From assembly GCA_965201075.1 (NCBI GenBank), contig CBDAVP010000016.1:124001-188000 (forward strand): a stretch of DNA of 64,000 bases. Direction: 5' to 3'. Origin of the DNA: Isosphaeraceae bacterium (lineage in GTDB: Bacteria; Planctomycetota; Planctomycetia; Isosphaerales; Isosphaeraceae). Position 1 is the stretch's first letter. Every line of letters begins with the position of its first letter. The notes beneath the pieces are model-generated. The model did no database searches, had not been told where the DNA came from, and saw nothing but the letters and a program-made list of their open reading frames with translations. The position numbers and the translations under genes were made by a program. Below are positions 49,761 through 60,009 of the stretch, one piece after another.

Positions 49761-50798
49761 ATGCCGACGGGACCCCTCGGGAGGCGGTTCGCGAAACGAG
49801 TGTGGGTCGTCGCGCTGCTGGCGATCCCCGCCGGTTGCAGCCGGCTGGCGGTCCGCCCCGCGGCCCCGGCCCCGGCCTCAACGATGCCGTCCGCCCCGAC
49901 GCCGGTCGCCTCGGTGCCCCGAGAGGTCCTGAACCGGGCGTTGCCCGACCCCGACCAGCAAGCGACGCCGCCCGCCGAGGCCCCCGAGCCCGCGGCCCTC
50001 GCCCTGGCCGAGCCGGCCGCCCCCACCCCGATGCTGGACGCCGCCCTCGAACGCGCCGAAGCCCTCAAGGCGACGGTGGCCGGCGAGGTTGCCCACAACG
50101 AACCCGCCCCCGCAACGGTCGCCTTGCCCCCCTTGACGACACTTCCCCCCATCGCAATCCCCCCCGAGCCTTCCCAGCCCGCCACCGGGCCGCCGAACGA
50201 GGCCTCCGTCCCCACCGAAAAAGCCCTGCCCGATCTCGCTCCGGCGGTCGACCCGGTGCCCGCGCCCGTCGCCGACCCGAAGGCCCCGACGATGCTGCCG
50301 GAACCCGCGACAACTCCCCCGGCCGAGGCCGCCGTCAACGAGGCGCCGACTCCGGCCGGGCCGGTCGTCGAGGTTGTCGCGCCGCCCGAGGTGATCGAGG
50401 CCCCTTTGCAAATCTCCGCGCTGAGGCTTTGCCGAAAGGTCCGGGGATTTGGCGACGTCGACCCCTGGACCGCCCCCCGAATCCGTCCTGGCCAGTCGGT
50501 CATCGTGTACAGCGAGTTGTCGGGGGTCCACTACGAAGAGGCTGGCGAGCGGGTCCGCTCGCGGATCGCTGGTTCGGCCGAGTGGTTCGTCCAGGGAGCC
50601 CAGTCCCCCGTTCGACGCGAGGCCCTGGGGTTGGCCGAGGACACCGCCGACCGGCCCCGCCACGAGTTTTTCGTCGGCTACGTCGTGACCGTCCCAGCCA
50701 CGCTGCCGCCCGGGAGTTATCAGTTGAGAGTGACCCAGGTCGACGAGGTCGGCCAAAGTTCTGACTCCCGATCGGTCCCGCTGGTGGTCGAACGCTGA
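49761..50798 (+). CDS. Pro/Ala-rich putative lipoprotein
   Basis: Lipobox IPAGC, long Pro/Ala linker, C-terminal beta domain (LCRKVRGFG..PGSYQLRVT). Confidence 0.7.
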   Translation: MPTGPLGRRFAKRVWVVALLAIPAGCSRLAVRPAAPAPASTMPSAPTPVASVPREVLNRALPDPDQQATPPAEAPEPAALALAEPAAPTPMLDAALERAEALKATVAGEVAHNEPAPATVALPPLTTLPPIAIPPEPSQPATGPPNEASVPTEKALPDLAPAVDPVPAPVADPKAPTMLPEPATTPPAEAAVNEAPTPAGPVVEVVAPPEVIEAPLQISALRLCRKVRGFGDVDPWTAPRIRPGQSVIVYSELSGVHYEEAGERVRSRIAGSAEWFVQGAQSPVRREALGLAEDTADRPRHEFFVGYVVTVPATLPPGSYQLRVTQVDEVGQSSDSRSVPLVVER

Positions 50799-50953
50799 GG
50801 CGGCACGTTGAGGTGGGCTGGTGGGAGACTCGGGCCGGGTCGGGGAAGCGGGAGTGAGGTTGCGGCGAGAGTGGGGTCGCGATAGGCTCGGCGAGGTTGA
50901 CGTCCCGTCGGGAACGGGTGAGTGGTTGACTTCGTCGTAAGGGGGTTGGCGGC

Positions 50954-51763
50954 ATGGGTTTGTTCACGGGGAAACAGGGCCTGATCCTGGGCGTCGCCAA
51001 CGACTGGAGCATCGCCTGGGCGATCGCGCAGAAGCTGCTGGCCGAGGGGGCCGAGATTGGCTTCACCCACCTGCCCGGCGAGAAGATGGAGCGTCGTCTC
51101 CGCAAGCTCGCCGAGCCGATCGGGGCCAAGCTCATCACCTCTTGCGACGTCCAGAAGGACGACGACGTGGCCCGCGTCTTCCAGGAAGCCAAGGCCACCT
51201 ATGGCACCCTGGACTTCGTCCTCCACTCGATCGCGTTCGCACCCCTCGACGACCTGAAAGGCCCCTTCGTCCAGGCCAGCCGTTCCGGGTTCGCCACGGC
51301 GATGGACGTCAGCGTTTATTCCCTGGCGATCGTCGCCCGTCACGCCGCCGAGATCATGCCCAACGGAGGCGCCATCGAAACGCTGACCTATTACGGCGGC
51401 GAGCGGGTCGTCTCCGGCTACAACCTGATGGGCGTTTGCAAGGCGGCCCTCGACGCCGCGGTCAAATACCTGGCGTATGACCTCGGTCCGAAGAACATCC
51501 GGGTCAATGCCCTGTCCGCCGGACCCGTGAAGACCCTGGCGGCCTCGGCCGTGGGCGAGTCGGACAAGCTGGCCGGTCTTTATGAAGCGGTCGCCCCCCT
51601 GGGCCGCAATATCGACCGCGAGGAGGTTGGCAAGGCGGGGATGTTCCTGCTGTCGGACCTGGCCACCGGCATCACCGGCGAGATTCTGCACGTCGACTGC
51701 GGCTACAACATCATGGGCTCGCCCGGCCGAGCGATCGAGGCCGCGAAGGCCGGCAAGGCGTGA
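50954..51763 (+). CDS. fabI: enoyl-ACP reductase
   Basis: [40 protein letters not shown]. Confidence 0.96.
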   Translation: MGLFTGKQGLILGVANDWSIAWAIAQKLLAEGAEIGFTHLPGEKMERRLRKLAEPIGAKLITSCDVQKDDDVARVFQEAKATYGTLDFVLHSIAFAPLDDLKGPFVQASRSGFATAMDVSVYSLAIVARHAAEIMPNGGAIETLTYYGGERVVSGYNLMGVCKAALDAAVKYLAYDLGPKNIRVNALSAGPVKTLAASAVGESDKLAGLYEAVAPLGRNIDREEVGKAGMFLLSDLATGITGEILHVDCGYNIMGSPGRAIEAAKAGKA

Positions 51764-52182
51764 CGAGGGACTCGCACGATCGGCCGATCCGGGTGGGAAT
51801 CGGCCTGATCGCCCGCGAAGGTTCCTACCTGATCCGCCGCCGCCCCCCCCTGCCCGGCTCGCCGATGCCGGGCCTCTGGGAGTTTCCCGGCGGCAAGTGC
51901 GAGCCGGGGGAATCGCCCGAGGCCGCCACCGCCCGCGAGTGCCTCGAAGAGGCCGGCTTCGAGGTGGTGGTCGGCCCACTTCGTCGCCAGATCACCCACC
52001 GCTACCCTCACGGGCTGGTCGAACTGCACTATTTCGTCGGCAAGCCCGCCGAGCCCGGCGCCGAACCGTCGCCCGAATCCGGCTTCCGGTGGGTGCCGGC
52101 GGGGGAACTGGCCGGCCTCCCCTTCCCCGAGGCGAACGGGCCGATCTTGGAGGAACTGGGAGGCCAGCGTTCGTTGGCCTGA
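51760..52182 (+). CDS. MutT-like NUDIX hydrolase
   Basis: [27 protein letters not shown]. Confidence 0.9.
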   Translation: MTRDSHDRPIRVGIGLIAREGSYLIRRRPPLPGSPMPGLWEFPGGKCEPGESPEAATARECLEEAGFEVVVGPLRRQITHRYPHGLVELHYFVGKPAEPGAEPSPESGFRWVPAGELAGLPFPEANGPILEELGGQRSLA

Positions 52183-52186
52183 ACGC

Positions 52187-52795
52187 TCAGGCCGGGGGCG
52201 TGGGCGCCAGGATCGGCTGCTTCTCCAGGACGATGTCGACGATCCCGTACTCGCGGGCCTCATCGGGCGACATGAACCGGTCGCGGTCGGTGTCCTCTTC
52301 AAGGCGTTCGAGGGTCTGGCCGGTGTGCTTACGGTAGATGCCGTTGAGTTCCTTTTTCATGCGGATGAACTCCTCGGCGTGAATCATGATGTCGGTCGCC
52401 GTCCCTTCCATGCCGGCCAGCGGCTGGTGGATCATGATCCGGCTGTGTGGCAGGGCGTTTCGCTTCCCCTTGGCCCCGGCGGCCAGCAAGAGAGAGCCCA
52501 TGCTGGCGCACTGGCCGATGCAATAAGTGGCCACGTCGCAGGGGATGAACTGCATGGTGTCGTAGATGGCCATGCCGGCGGTGACGCTGCCGCCGGGGCT
52601 GTTGATGTAGAGGTGGATGTCGGCCTTGTCGTCCTGGTGGGTCAAGACCAGCAACTGAGCGACGACAAGGTTGGCGACGTTGTCGTCGATGGCCGTCCCC
52701 AGCAGGATGATGCGGTCCTGCATGAGGCGGGAGTAAATATCCAGCGCCCGCTCTTCGCGGCCGCTACGCTCGATGACGATCGGGACGAGGGGCAT
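52187..52795 (-). CDS. clpP: Clp protease proteolytic subunit
   Basis: [32 protein letters not shown]. Confidence 0.97.
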   Translation of the reverse strand: MPLVPIVIERSGREERALDIYSRLMQDRIILLGTAIDDNVANLVVAQLLVLTHQDDKADIHLYINSPGGSVTAGMAIYDTMQFIPCDVATYCIGQCASMGSLLLAAGAKGKRNALPHSRIMIHQPLAGMEGTATDIMIHAEEFIRMKKELNGIYRKHTGQTLERLEEDTDRDRFMSPDEAREYGIVDIVLEKQPILAPTPPA

Positions 52796-52863
52796 GGTGG
52801 TGGTGTCCGTGGAGGGGCGGGCCGGCGGCCAGGACGGGATGGGGCCGAAAGGGTTCGGTTTCG

Positions 52864-53520
52864 TCAGGCCGGGGTGGGGTTGCCCTTGGCGGCCTCGGCG
52901 CTGGGGATGTGGCCGACGACCTCGTCGACCAGGCCGTATTCCTTGGCCTGGATCGCCGACAGGTAGCGGTCACGCTCGGTGTCGCGGGCGACCTGCTCGA
53001 ACGGCACGGTGCAGTGCTTGGCCAGGATCTCGTTGATGTCTTTTTTGCTCTTGAGGATCTCCTCGGCCTGGATCTCGATGTCGGAGATCTGGCCGCCGAC
53101 ACCGCCTCGGGGCTGGTGGATCATCACTTTCGCGTGAGGCAGGATGAACCGACGCCCCTTGCTGCCCCCGGCCAGCAAGACCGCCGCGCCCGAGGCGGCC
53201 AGGCCGATGCAGTAGGTGGAGATTGGCGCGTCGATGAACTGCATTGTGTCGTAGATGGCCAGGGTGTCGTAGACCGACCCACCCGGGCTATTGATGTAGA
53301 AACTGATGCCCTGCGTCCGGTTCTCGAACTGAAGGTAGAGCATCTGCTTGATGACGTGGTTGGCCATCTGGCCGAAGATGTCCCCTTCCAGGAAGATGAT
53401 CCGATTCTCCAGCAGGAGATCGGTGAGAGTCATCTGTCGCTGTCGGGAGTAATCCTTGTAGCGCTGGAGGGTGGGCGGGTCCAGGGGCGCGTCGAAGGGG
53501 TGCGGCGTCTCGATACGCAT
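52864..53520 (-). CDS. clpP: Clp protease proteolytic subunit (second copy)
   Basis: [25 protein letters not shown]. Confidence 0.93.
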   Translation of the reverse strand: MRIETPHPFDAPLDPPTLQRYKDYSRQRQMTLTDLLLENRIIFLEGDIFGQMANHVIKQMLYLQFENRTQGISFYINSPGGSVYDTLAIYDTMQFIDAPISTYCIGLAASGAAVLLAGGSKGRRFILPHAKVMIHQPRGGVGGQISDIEIQAEEILKSKKDINEILAKHCTVPFEQVARDTERDRYLSAIQAKEYGLVDEVVGHIPSAEAAKGNPTPA

Positions 53521-53669
53521 GGAGGAGCGTCCCTAGGGGTCTGTCTCGGCGGTCCGGTTCGATTCCAGCGGCCGGGTGATCGGGCGAGGCCGGCGGCCCT
53601 TGGGCCTGGCCTCGCCGAAAATCCTTGGGGCGGGCGGACGGGGTCCCGGTCATGCCCGCCCCGAGGGGA

Positions 53670-55166
53670 TTATAGCGAGGGGTCGGGTGCCGCCGACTCA
53701 CCTTCGCTGGCGGCGGTGTCGGCGTCCGGGTTGCCGACCGGTTCCGCGGCGACATTGGTATCGAGGGTTTCGACGGCCCGCTCCTCCTGGAGGGGGACTT
53801 CCTCGTACTTGACGAATTCCAAAATCCGGTCGAGCGTTTTGCGCTCCAGGATCTGGGCGGCGATGTTCTCGGCCAGTCCTTCCTTCTCGATGCGGGCCCG
53901 GACCCGGCGGGGAGTTTCGTCGGTGCGGGAGGCGATGGCGTCGATCTCCTGCTCGAAGTCGGCGTCCTCAACCTTCAGGGTCTCGGCCTCGGCGATCTTC
54001 GACAGGATGAAGAATTCCTTGAGGCTGCGGAGGGTCGACTGGTGAGCGTTGGCCCGAACCTCGGCCTCCCGGGCCCGGATCTCGGAGTCCGAAAGCCCCC
54101 CCTGACGCATTTCGCTCACCTGGCGGCGGAGGGTCGACTTCTCCTGGCGAGTCACCAGGTCGGTCGGCAGGTCGAACTGGGTCGCCCCCATCAACTGGTC
54201 GAGAACCTCTCGGCGGATCGCCTGACGCTGCTGGTACTCAACCCGACGCTCCAGGACCGCCTTCAGGGCCGTGCGGAGGTCGTCGGCGTTGTTGAAACCG
54301 ATCCCGCTCAGGAACGCCGCATCCACCTGGGGCAGACGGAGTTGCTTCAGATCCTTGACGTTGAAATTCACGCGGATCGTTTGGCCACGAAGCGCCGGGT
54401 CGGGTGAGGAGGCGCCGATCTGGGCGTCGGCCTCGCGGTCCTCGCCGGGGCTCACGCCGGTCAGGGCTTCGGCCAGTTGCGGGACGTGGCCGTCCTGGAA
54501 CCGCAATTCGGGCTGGAGGCGGAAGGTCACCTCCTTGGCCGTGTTCAGCGTGATGCCGTCCTTGTGGAAGGTCAGGTCGGCGATGATGTAGTCGCCCACC
54601 TCGGCCCCGCCCTCGAACTTGGGGACCATCTGGGCGTAACGCTCCAGGAAGGTCGTCTGCTGGGCGTCAACGTCGGCTTCGGTGAGTTCCTTGGTCCGCC
54701 GGTGAGCCGTCAGCCCCTTGTACGATGGAGTCGCGAAGTCGGGCTGGACCTCAACATCAAGCTCAAACCGCATCGGCCCCTCGTCGGGGATTTCGACGGC
54801 CTGGACGTCGAACTCCGGCTGGGAGATGGCGTTGAGCTTGTGGTCCTCGTCGAGCTGTTCGAGGCAGGCCATCAGGAGAGTCGACTTGACCTGACCCGAG
54901 ACTTCCTTGCGGAAGCGACGTTCCACCAACGACTTGGGGGCGCGGCCAGGCCGGAACCCGGGGACCTGGGCGTCCTTGCGGACCTCGCCCAGCGACTCCT
55001 GGAACTGGCGGTCGATGTCGGCCCGGGCGATGGCGACCTTGACGTGCTTCTTGCACGGGCCGGCGTCGCTGATCTGGACGTCCAGGTCGAGTTTGGGCTT
55101 GCTCGGCGTTGCCTCGGCGGCCTCGGCCCCGGCGGCGGTCGCCACGTCCTGCTCGGCAGTGCTCAT
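53670..55166 (-). CDS. tig: trigger factor
   Basis: VPGFRPGRAP ribosome-binding motif; tig-clpP synteny. Confidence 0.96.
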   Translation of the reverse strand: MSTAEQDVATAAGAEAAEATPSKPKLDLDVQISDAGPCKKHVKVAIARADIDRQFQESLGEVRKDAQVPGFRPGRAPKSLVERRFRKEVSGQVKSTLLMACLEQLDEDHKLNAISQPEFDVQAVEIPDEGPMRFELDVEVQPDFATPSYKGLTAHRRTKELTEADVDAQQTTFLERYAQMVPKFEGGAEVGDYIIADLTFHKDGITLNTAKEVTFRLQPELRFQDGHVPQLAEALTGVSPGEDREADAQIGASSPDPALRGQTIRVNFNVKDLKQLRLPQVDAAFLSGIGFNNADDLRTALKAVLERRVEYQQRQAIRREVLDQLMGATQFDLPTDLVTRQEKSTLRRQVSEMRQGGLSDSEIRAREAEVRANAHQSTLRSLKEFFILSKIAEAETLKVEDADFEQEIDAIASRTDETPRRVRARIEKEGLAENIAAQILERKTLDRILEFVKYEEVPLQEERAVETLDTNVAAEPVGNPDADTAASEGESAAPDPSL

Positions 55167-55334
55167 CGACGACATTCCCTGCGCAACGTGCGACCGGACG
55201 GCCCAACCCGCCTGGGAATGCTCCGACAAGAGGGGAGCGGGCAGGCCATCGGGTCTGGTGTCTGAGGACCCCGGCGCCACGTCGGCTCGAGACCGGGCGT
55301 CTTACCGATCCCGATGCAAAAAAGAGGGATGGAA

Positions 55335-55406
55335 AGCGGGAGATGGGATTTGAACCCACGACAACCACGTTGGCAACGTGGCGCTCTACCCCTGAGCTAC
55401 TCCCGC
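55335..55406 (-). tRNA. tRNA-Gly(GCC)
   Basis: GCGGGAGTAGCTCAGGGGTAGAGCGCCACGTTGCCAACGTGGTTGTCGTGGGTTCAAATCCCATCTCCCGCT; cloverleaf, CCA not encoded. Confidence 0.97.
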
Positions 55407-55808
55407 ATCGTCGGCAAGTCGTCGCGTGACAACCCGGCGTCGGGCCCATGTGGACCGGACGACGAAGGGCCAGTCTAGCCAGCCCCCGAAACCCTTGGCA
55501 AGAGGTTAGTCCCCCTATGGCCGCCCAAACTGTTTTCCCCTGGCCTCAACATTCCCGGCACAATTGGGCCAGTCGGCACAATGCGCCCGCCTGGAGCGTT
55601 CCCCACCTGCCATTCAGGTCGAATCGTACCGGAATCGGCCGAAAAGCGTTTGCTCGGCGCGAGAAACGGCGATATTTTAACGGGGCGGACTCGGGGGGAA
55701 ATTTGCGTTCTCCACGCCCAGGGTCTCCCCCGACCGTCCTGGCCCCGACCCGGCTGGCGATCCTTCCGACCGACCAAGCACCGCGACGAACCGAGTGGGA
55801 GCTTCGCG

Positions 55809-56471
55809 ATGAATTATCAGCTCATCGTCCTCCGTGGCCGAAGCGCGTCGAAGGCGGTGAAGCTGGTCGAGGGGATCACGACCGTCGGCCGCCAGGACGA
55901 TTGTCAGTTGAAGATCGCCTCGGCTCAGGTCAGTCGGAAGCATTGCCAGTTGTTCGAGCACAAGGGGCACTTGCTAGTTAAGGACCTCGGCAGCGCCAAC
56001 GGGACGTTCGTCAACGGGCAGAAGATCGCGCCGCAGCGAGTTCTGGAACCTGGCGACGAACTGGCGATCGGGCCAATCCGCTTCCGGGTCGAGAAGTTAG
56101 CCGGAGCCCCCGCCGCGACCCCGGCGGCGCGTCCGGCGGTTTCGGCCTCCGACACCGCCGTGGGACCGGCCGCCGCCTCCGCGGAACCGATCCTCGGCGA
56201 CCCGATCCTGGCCATCGCCGACATGGATACCGTGGGCGAATCCAACGACTTTGAGGTGATCGTCGACGAGTCGCCCGAGCAACTCGGCGATGACGATACC
56301 ATTTCCGTGGACATGGACGACGAGACCCCCACCCCTGAACCCGCCGCCCGCCCCGCTCCAGCCCCGACTCCGACGCCAACCCCGCAGAAGGCTAAATCCG
56401 ACGACGATAAGGATCTGGGGGAGGACGCCGTCGCCGACTTCCTCTTGAGCCTCAAGACCGAGGATGAATGA
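55809..56471 (+). CDS. FHA domain protein with acidic disordered tail
   Basis: VGRQDDC, VSRKHC, DLGSANGTFVNG. Confidence 0.92.
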   Translation: MNYQLIVLRGRSASKAVKLVEGITTVGRQDDCQLKIASAQVSRKHCQLFEHKGHLLVKDLGSANGTFVNGQKIAPQRVLEPGDELAIGPIRFRVEKLAGAPAATPAARPAVSASDTAVGPAAASAEPILGDPILAIADMDTVGESNDFEVIVDESPEQLGDDDTISVDMDDETPTPEPAARPAPAPTPTPTPQKAKSDDDKDLGEDAVADFLLSLKTEDE

Positions 56472-56523
56472 AGTCCTCACATGGGCTTTTTTTTACAACG
56501 CGGAGCATCTTGTCGGAATTCTT

Positions 56524-56566
56524 TCGACAATAAGCGTCCCACGCCTTATATAACTTCGTACTAAGG
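56524..56566 (+). promoter_or_regulatory. putative promoter/operator of the HTH regulator
   Basis: TCGACA, 17 nt, TATATA; CCTTA..TAAGG inverted repeat at 56544-56566; AT-rich spacer. Confidence 0.4.
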
Positions 56567-56641
56567 TCGGGAACCGCCTGACGCGACGCCTCGTGGGCGG
56601 TGGTTAATGCGTTGGGAGTACGCTTCGGACGAGGGTTTGCC

Positions 56642-57364
56642 ATGGCTCGCCGTAAGAATTTGCCCGAATCCGTCCGCGCCAAATGTAGCCTGGCCGAACG
56701 CCTCCGCTCGGTCCGCGCCGAGCTTTACGGAGAGCGCGGCGGACCGGAAATGGCCCGTCGGCTAAATCTGCCGATCCGGACTTGGTACAACTATGAGGCC
56801 GGCGTGACGGTGCCGGCCGAGGTCGTCCTCCGCTTCATGGAGCTGACTTCGGTTGAGTCGGCCTGGCTGCTGCATGGCCAGGGGCCGAAGTTCCGACCGG
56901 CGTCGGCGGCTCTGGGTGACGGGGATTCGGTGGAATCGCTCCTGAGGGCGGCGCTGGATCGCCTGGCCCGCAAGGGGCCAGGTTCCACCCCGATGGCCGC
57001 CGAGGACGACAACGAGGCCGAGTTCCCCGAAGCTTCCGACGCTCCGGACCGCGAATGGCTGGTGGCCCGCCGAGAAGGGCGTTGCATCCGCGTCGAGGAC
57101 GACGCCATGACGCCGATTGTCTCCGAGGGGGCCGAGGTCGCCTTCGCTGACGTGTCCGAGGACCTGGACGCCCTGGACGGCAAACTGGTGGTCGCCTGGG
57201 TGGGCGAGGGGCCAATCGTTCGCTGGCTCCAGCGATCGGGCCACTTCGCCATGCTCCGGGCCGAGAACCCCGGCCCTGAGACCACCACCCAACTGGTTGA
57301 CCTCGACGGCCCCGAGGATCACCGGCGCATTCGCCGAGTCCTGTGGATCGGCACCCGTCACTGA
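56642..57364 (+). CDS. XRE-type HTH regulator with S24 (LexA/CI)-like C-terminal domain
   Basis: EMARRLNLPIRTWYNYEAG..WLLHGQGP; RVEDDAMTPIVSEG..DGKLVVA..LRAEN. Confidence 0.8.
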   Translation: MARRKNLPESVRAKCSLAERLRSVRAELYGERGGPEMARRLNLPIRTWYNYEAGVTVPAEVVLRFMELTSVESAWLLHGQGPKFRPASAALGDGDSVESLLRAALDRLARKGPGSTPMAAEDDNEAEFPEASDAPDREWLVARREGRCIRVEDDAMTPIVSEGAEVAFADVSEDLDALDGKLVVAWVGEGPIVRWLQRSGHFAMLRAENPGPETTTQLVDLDGPEDHRRIRRVLWIGTRH

Positions 57365-57433
57365 ATTCCAGACGGACCGGCTGGCCTGGCGAGGATGGCC
57401 CACTCGCCCGGCCGACCGACCGGCCGTTTCGGA

Positions 57434-57745
57434 TCACCAGAGGACGTGCTCGGCCAGGCAACGGATCTGGATGATCTTGCCGTCGCCCATCCGGCCGGTG
57501 CGCGCCTGGCCAATGATGGCGCGGAGAGCCGCGGGCAGGTCCTCCGGCGCCAGGAACAGCGTCACCTCGACCTTGGGCAGGAACGAGCCGCTGTACTCGC
57601 CCCCCAAATACCGGTGCAGCCGGTTCTTCTGGCGGCCGTAGCCCATGACCTCGCGGACCGTCCCCGCATAAATCTCAACCTCCTCCAGCGCCTTGAGGAC
57701 CGCCTCGGCGCGGAAGGGCTTGACCAGGGCGATCAACTGCAACAC
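57434..57745 (-). CDS. P-II family nitrogen regulator
   Basis: KPFR, GYGRQK..EY..FLPKVEV, RTGRMGDGKI. Confidence 0.9.
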   Translation of the reverse strand: MLQLIALVKPFRAEAVLKALEEVEIYAGTVREVMGYGRQKNRLHRYLGGEYSGSFLPKVEVTLFLAPEDLPAALRAIIGQARTGRMGDGKIIQIRCLAEHVLW

Positions 57746-57770
57746 GTCGGACGGGGCCGGCGGGGTGGGC

Positions 57771-57962
57771 TCAGGCGTAGGCGTGTTCGACGCGGGTGGG
57801 GAAATCGGTCGCTCCGTGGAGGAGTTCCTCGCGGACGATCGACACGTCGTCGGGGGCCTCGATCCCCAGTCTCACGCCGTTCCGCTCGATCTTCACGACA
57901 ATGATCCGGACATTGTCCCCAATCCGAATCCCTTCCGAAAGCTTGCGGCTAAGGACGAGCAT
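57771..57962 (-). CDS. csrA: carbon storage regulator
   Basis: MLVLSRK..IRIGD..VRLGIEAP..REE; GGAGG RBS. Confidence 0.95.
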   Translation of the reverse strand: MLVLSRKLSEGIRIGDNVRIIVVKIERNGVRLGIEAPDDVSIVREELLHGATDFPTRVEHAYA

Positions 57963-58001
57963 CGTTCCCTCCTGGATGATGGTCTCGTGTGTGGTTCTCT
58001 C

Positions 58002-59096
58002 TCACCCTACCCTTGACGTCGAAATCGGGGGGCTTCCGGCGACACTGCCCCGCGAATCCCTGGGTCGTTTCAGGCGATAGGGGATCATCCATCGCACCAG
58101 GGGATGATGAAGATGCTTCGGTTCGAGGTGTTCCGAGATCCCGAGATAGCCCTCTGGGTCTTCCCCGCTCCGGCGGAAGGTCGAGACCCAGCGGCGGTAA
58201 AAGGGTCCGTCGTCGACGCAAGGGCCGTTCTGGCATTCGAGACGCTCGCCCGGCCCCGCCTCCAGCACGGTCAGGCGTCGCGACCGAATCCCAAACGCCC
58301 CCAACCTCGGCGACGAGCCCCCGACCGCGACCCCGTCTCGCATGCGTTCGGGAGCCCCGTCTCGGCTGGTGAACCAAAGACTCGATGGCGGGCCGACCTG
58401 GGGAATGGCCTGGTAAAACACTTCCGTGAGCGGCCCGTGGTGAACGCGGCCCCAGGTCCAGCTTCTCATGGCGAGGGAAATTTCCGCCGAGCCGGCGTTG
58501 TGGTCGTGATAGCCCCGCCCCTGGAAGTCGAGGCGGCGGGGCCGCGGCCCTTCCAGTGCGACCACACCCCGGACCTGGCAGTCGGGCGCGGCCAGAATCC
58601 AGTGGTGGGGCGCCTCGGGCATGCCAAGGTTCCGCTCCACGGGCAAGGTCGCCCTCGCGGGGAGAAACCGGAGTTCGGCCGCGACCTGGTGCCGACCATC
58701 AACGGCCGGTGTCTCGACCTTCAGAGCGTATCCCGAGATCTCACGCTCGACGCGGCTGGCCCCAACGGCGACCGAGAACGGCTTGGGCTGGTGGGCGAAC
58801 GCCTCGGCCGGGTGGGCGTTCAGGGCATACGCCACGGTCTTGCCGTCCCGATACCAGCTCAGGCCGATTGCCGCGTGATCGACCGCCCGGGGCGACGGGT
58901 GGCGAGCCGGGTCGCGGAGGTGGCGGAACGTTGAGCGTCCGTAATCCGGGTCGAAGGGGAGTCCGCAGTACCAGATGATGACCAGAGCGTCTCGGCCGTC
59001 CTCGGAGAGGGCGTCGAAGTACCACCACTCCTGGGCGCCCGGGGTGGCGAAGTCGAAAAAGCGGTCGGGGTCGGAGTCGGAGTTGTGAGCGGGCAC
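58002..59096 (-). CDS. carotenoid 1,2-hydratase (CrtC-like)
   Basis: EWWYFDALSEDG, HHW, GYHDHNAG, WTWGR, GPFYRR; located in a crt cluster; start uncertain. Confidence 0.8.
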   Translation of the reverse strand: MPAHNSDSDPDRFFDFATPGAQEWWYFDALSEDGRDALVIIWYCGLPFDPDYGRSTFRHLRDPARHPSPRAVDHAAIGLSWYRDGKTVAYALNAHPAEAFAHQPKPFSVAVGASRVEREISGYALKVETPAVDGRHQVAAELRFLPARATLPVERNLGMPEAPHHWILAAPDCQVRGVVALEGPRPRRLDFQGRGYHDHNAGSAEISLAMRSWTWGRVHHGPLTEVFYQAIPQVGPPSSLWFTSRDGAPERMRDGVAVGGSSPRLGAFGIRSRRLTVLEAGPGERLECQNGPCVDDGPFYRRWVSTFRRSGEDPEGYLGISEHLEPKHLHHPLVRWMIPYRLKRPRDSRGSVAGSPPISTSRVG

Positions 59097-59115
59097 GGCG
59101 GGGCCTCGGTCGGGT

Positions 59116-60009
59116 TCAAAGCCAGTCGCGTCGAAGCCGTTCGCCCCAGGCCCCCGCTTGACAGGCCGCGACCGTGCCGAGCTTGCGGGGCCAGGGGACA
59201 AAGGCACGGGCGCGGAAGACGTCGTCGCCCGCCGCCTCGATCGCGTCGAGGATGCCGGCGTATAGGCGGCCCATCAAGCGGACGGTCAAGCGGCTGGTCA
59301 GGCCGACGAGGTCGTCGACGCCCGGCTCGGACTCGGCATAGTACCGACGGGCCCGGCCGATCTGGTGACGCATCAAAGCGCGAAACCGTTCGTCGACGCA
59401 TCCCGCGGCGAGGGCCGTCTCGTCCACGCCGAACGCGACCAGTTCATCCTGGGGCAGGTAGACCCGGCCTCGTTCGAAATCCTCGCCGATGTCCCGCAGG
59501 ATGTTGGTCAACTGCATGGCGATGCCCAGGGCCACCGCTCGGGGCAGGCAGCGGGGGTCGCGAAAGCCGAAGACGTGAGACATCATCAGACCGACGACCC
59601 CCGCGACCCGGTAGCAGTAGCGGTAAAGCTCGGCGAAGGTTGCGTAGCGGTTGATCGTCAGGTCCATCGCCATGCCGTCGAGCAGGTCGTCGAAGTAGTC
59701 GCGGGGGATCGCCCGGGCGTTCACCGTCTGGCGAAACGCCAGGAGCCCCGGCGGCACGGGTCCGCTTCCATAAGCAAGGTCGAGGGCCTGGCGGGCCCGG
59801 TCGAGCCGTTGGGTCGCGTCGTCGACATCGCGGGCCTCGTCCACGCCATCGTCGGCCCAACGGCAGAATCCGTAAACGGCGTAGGCGTGGGCCCTCGTGA
59901 GACGGGGCAGGCCGTGGGAAGCCAGGTAAAAGGTGCGGGCGTGGTGACGGGTGAGGCCTCGGCAGACCCGCAGACCCCGGGCCGTCAAGGGCGGCGGGCA
60001 GGACGTCAC
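59116..60009 (-). CDS. crtB: phytoene synthase
   Basis: YGFCRWADDGVD, YCYRVAGVVG, QLTNILRDIGED..GRVYLP. Confidence 0.93.
   Translation of the reverse strand: MTSCPPPLTARGLRVCRGLTRHHARTFYLASHGLPRLTRAHAYAVYGFCRWADDGVDEARDVDDATQRLDRARQALDLAYGSGPVPPGLLAFRQTVNARAIPRDYFDDLLDGMAMDLTINRYATFAELYRYCYRVAGVVGLMMSHVFGFRDPRCLPRAVALGIAMQLTNILRDIGEDFERGRVYLPQDELVAFGVDETALAAGCVDERFRALMRHQIGRARRYYAESEPGVDDLVGLTSRLTVRLMGRLYAGILDAIEAAGDDVFRARAFVPWPRKLGTVAACQAGAWGERLRRDWL

Noticed and set aside
56550..56560. loxP-like arm ATAACTTCGTA
   Set aside because: Only 11 of 13 nt, no second inverted arm and no recombinase nearby; likely chance within an AT-rich promoter
55335..57364. Prophage or island at tRNA-Gly (CI-like gene nearby)
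   Set aside because: No integrase, phage genes or duplicated tRNA 3' end; the tRNA 3' side leads straight into tig
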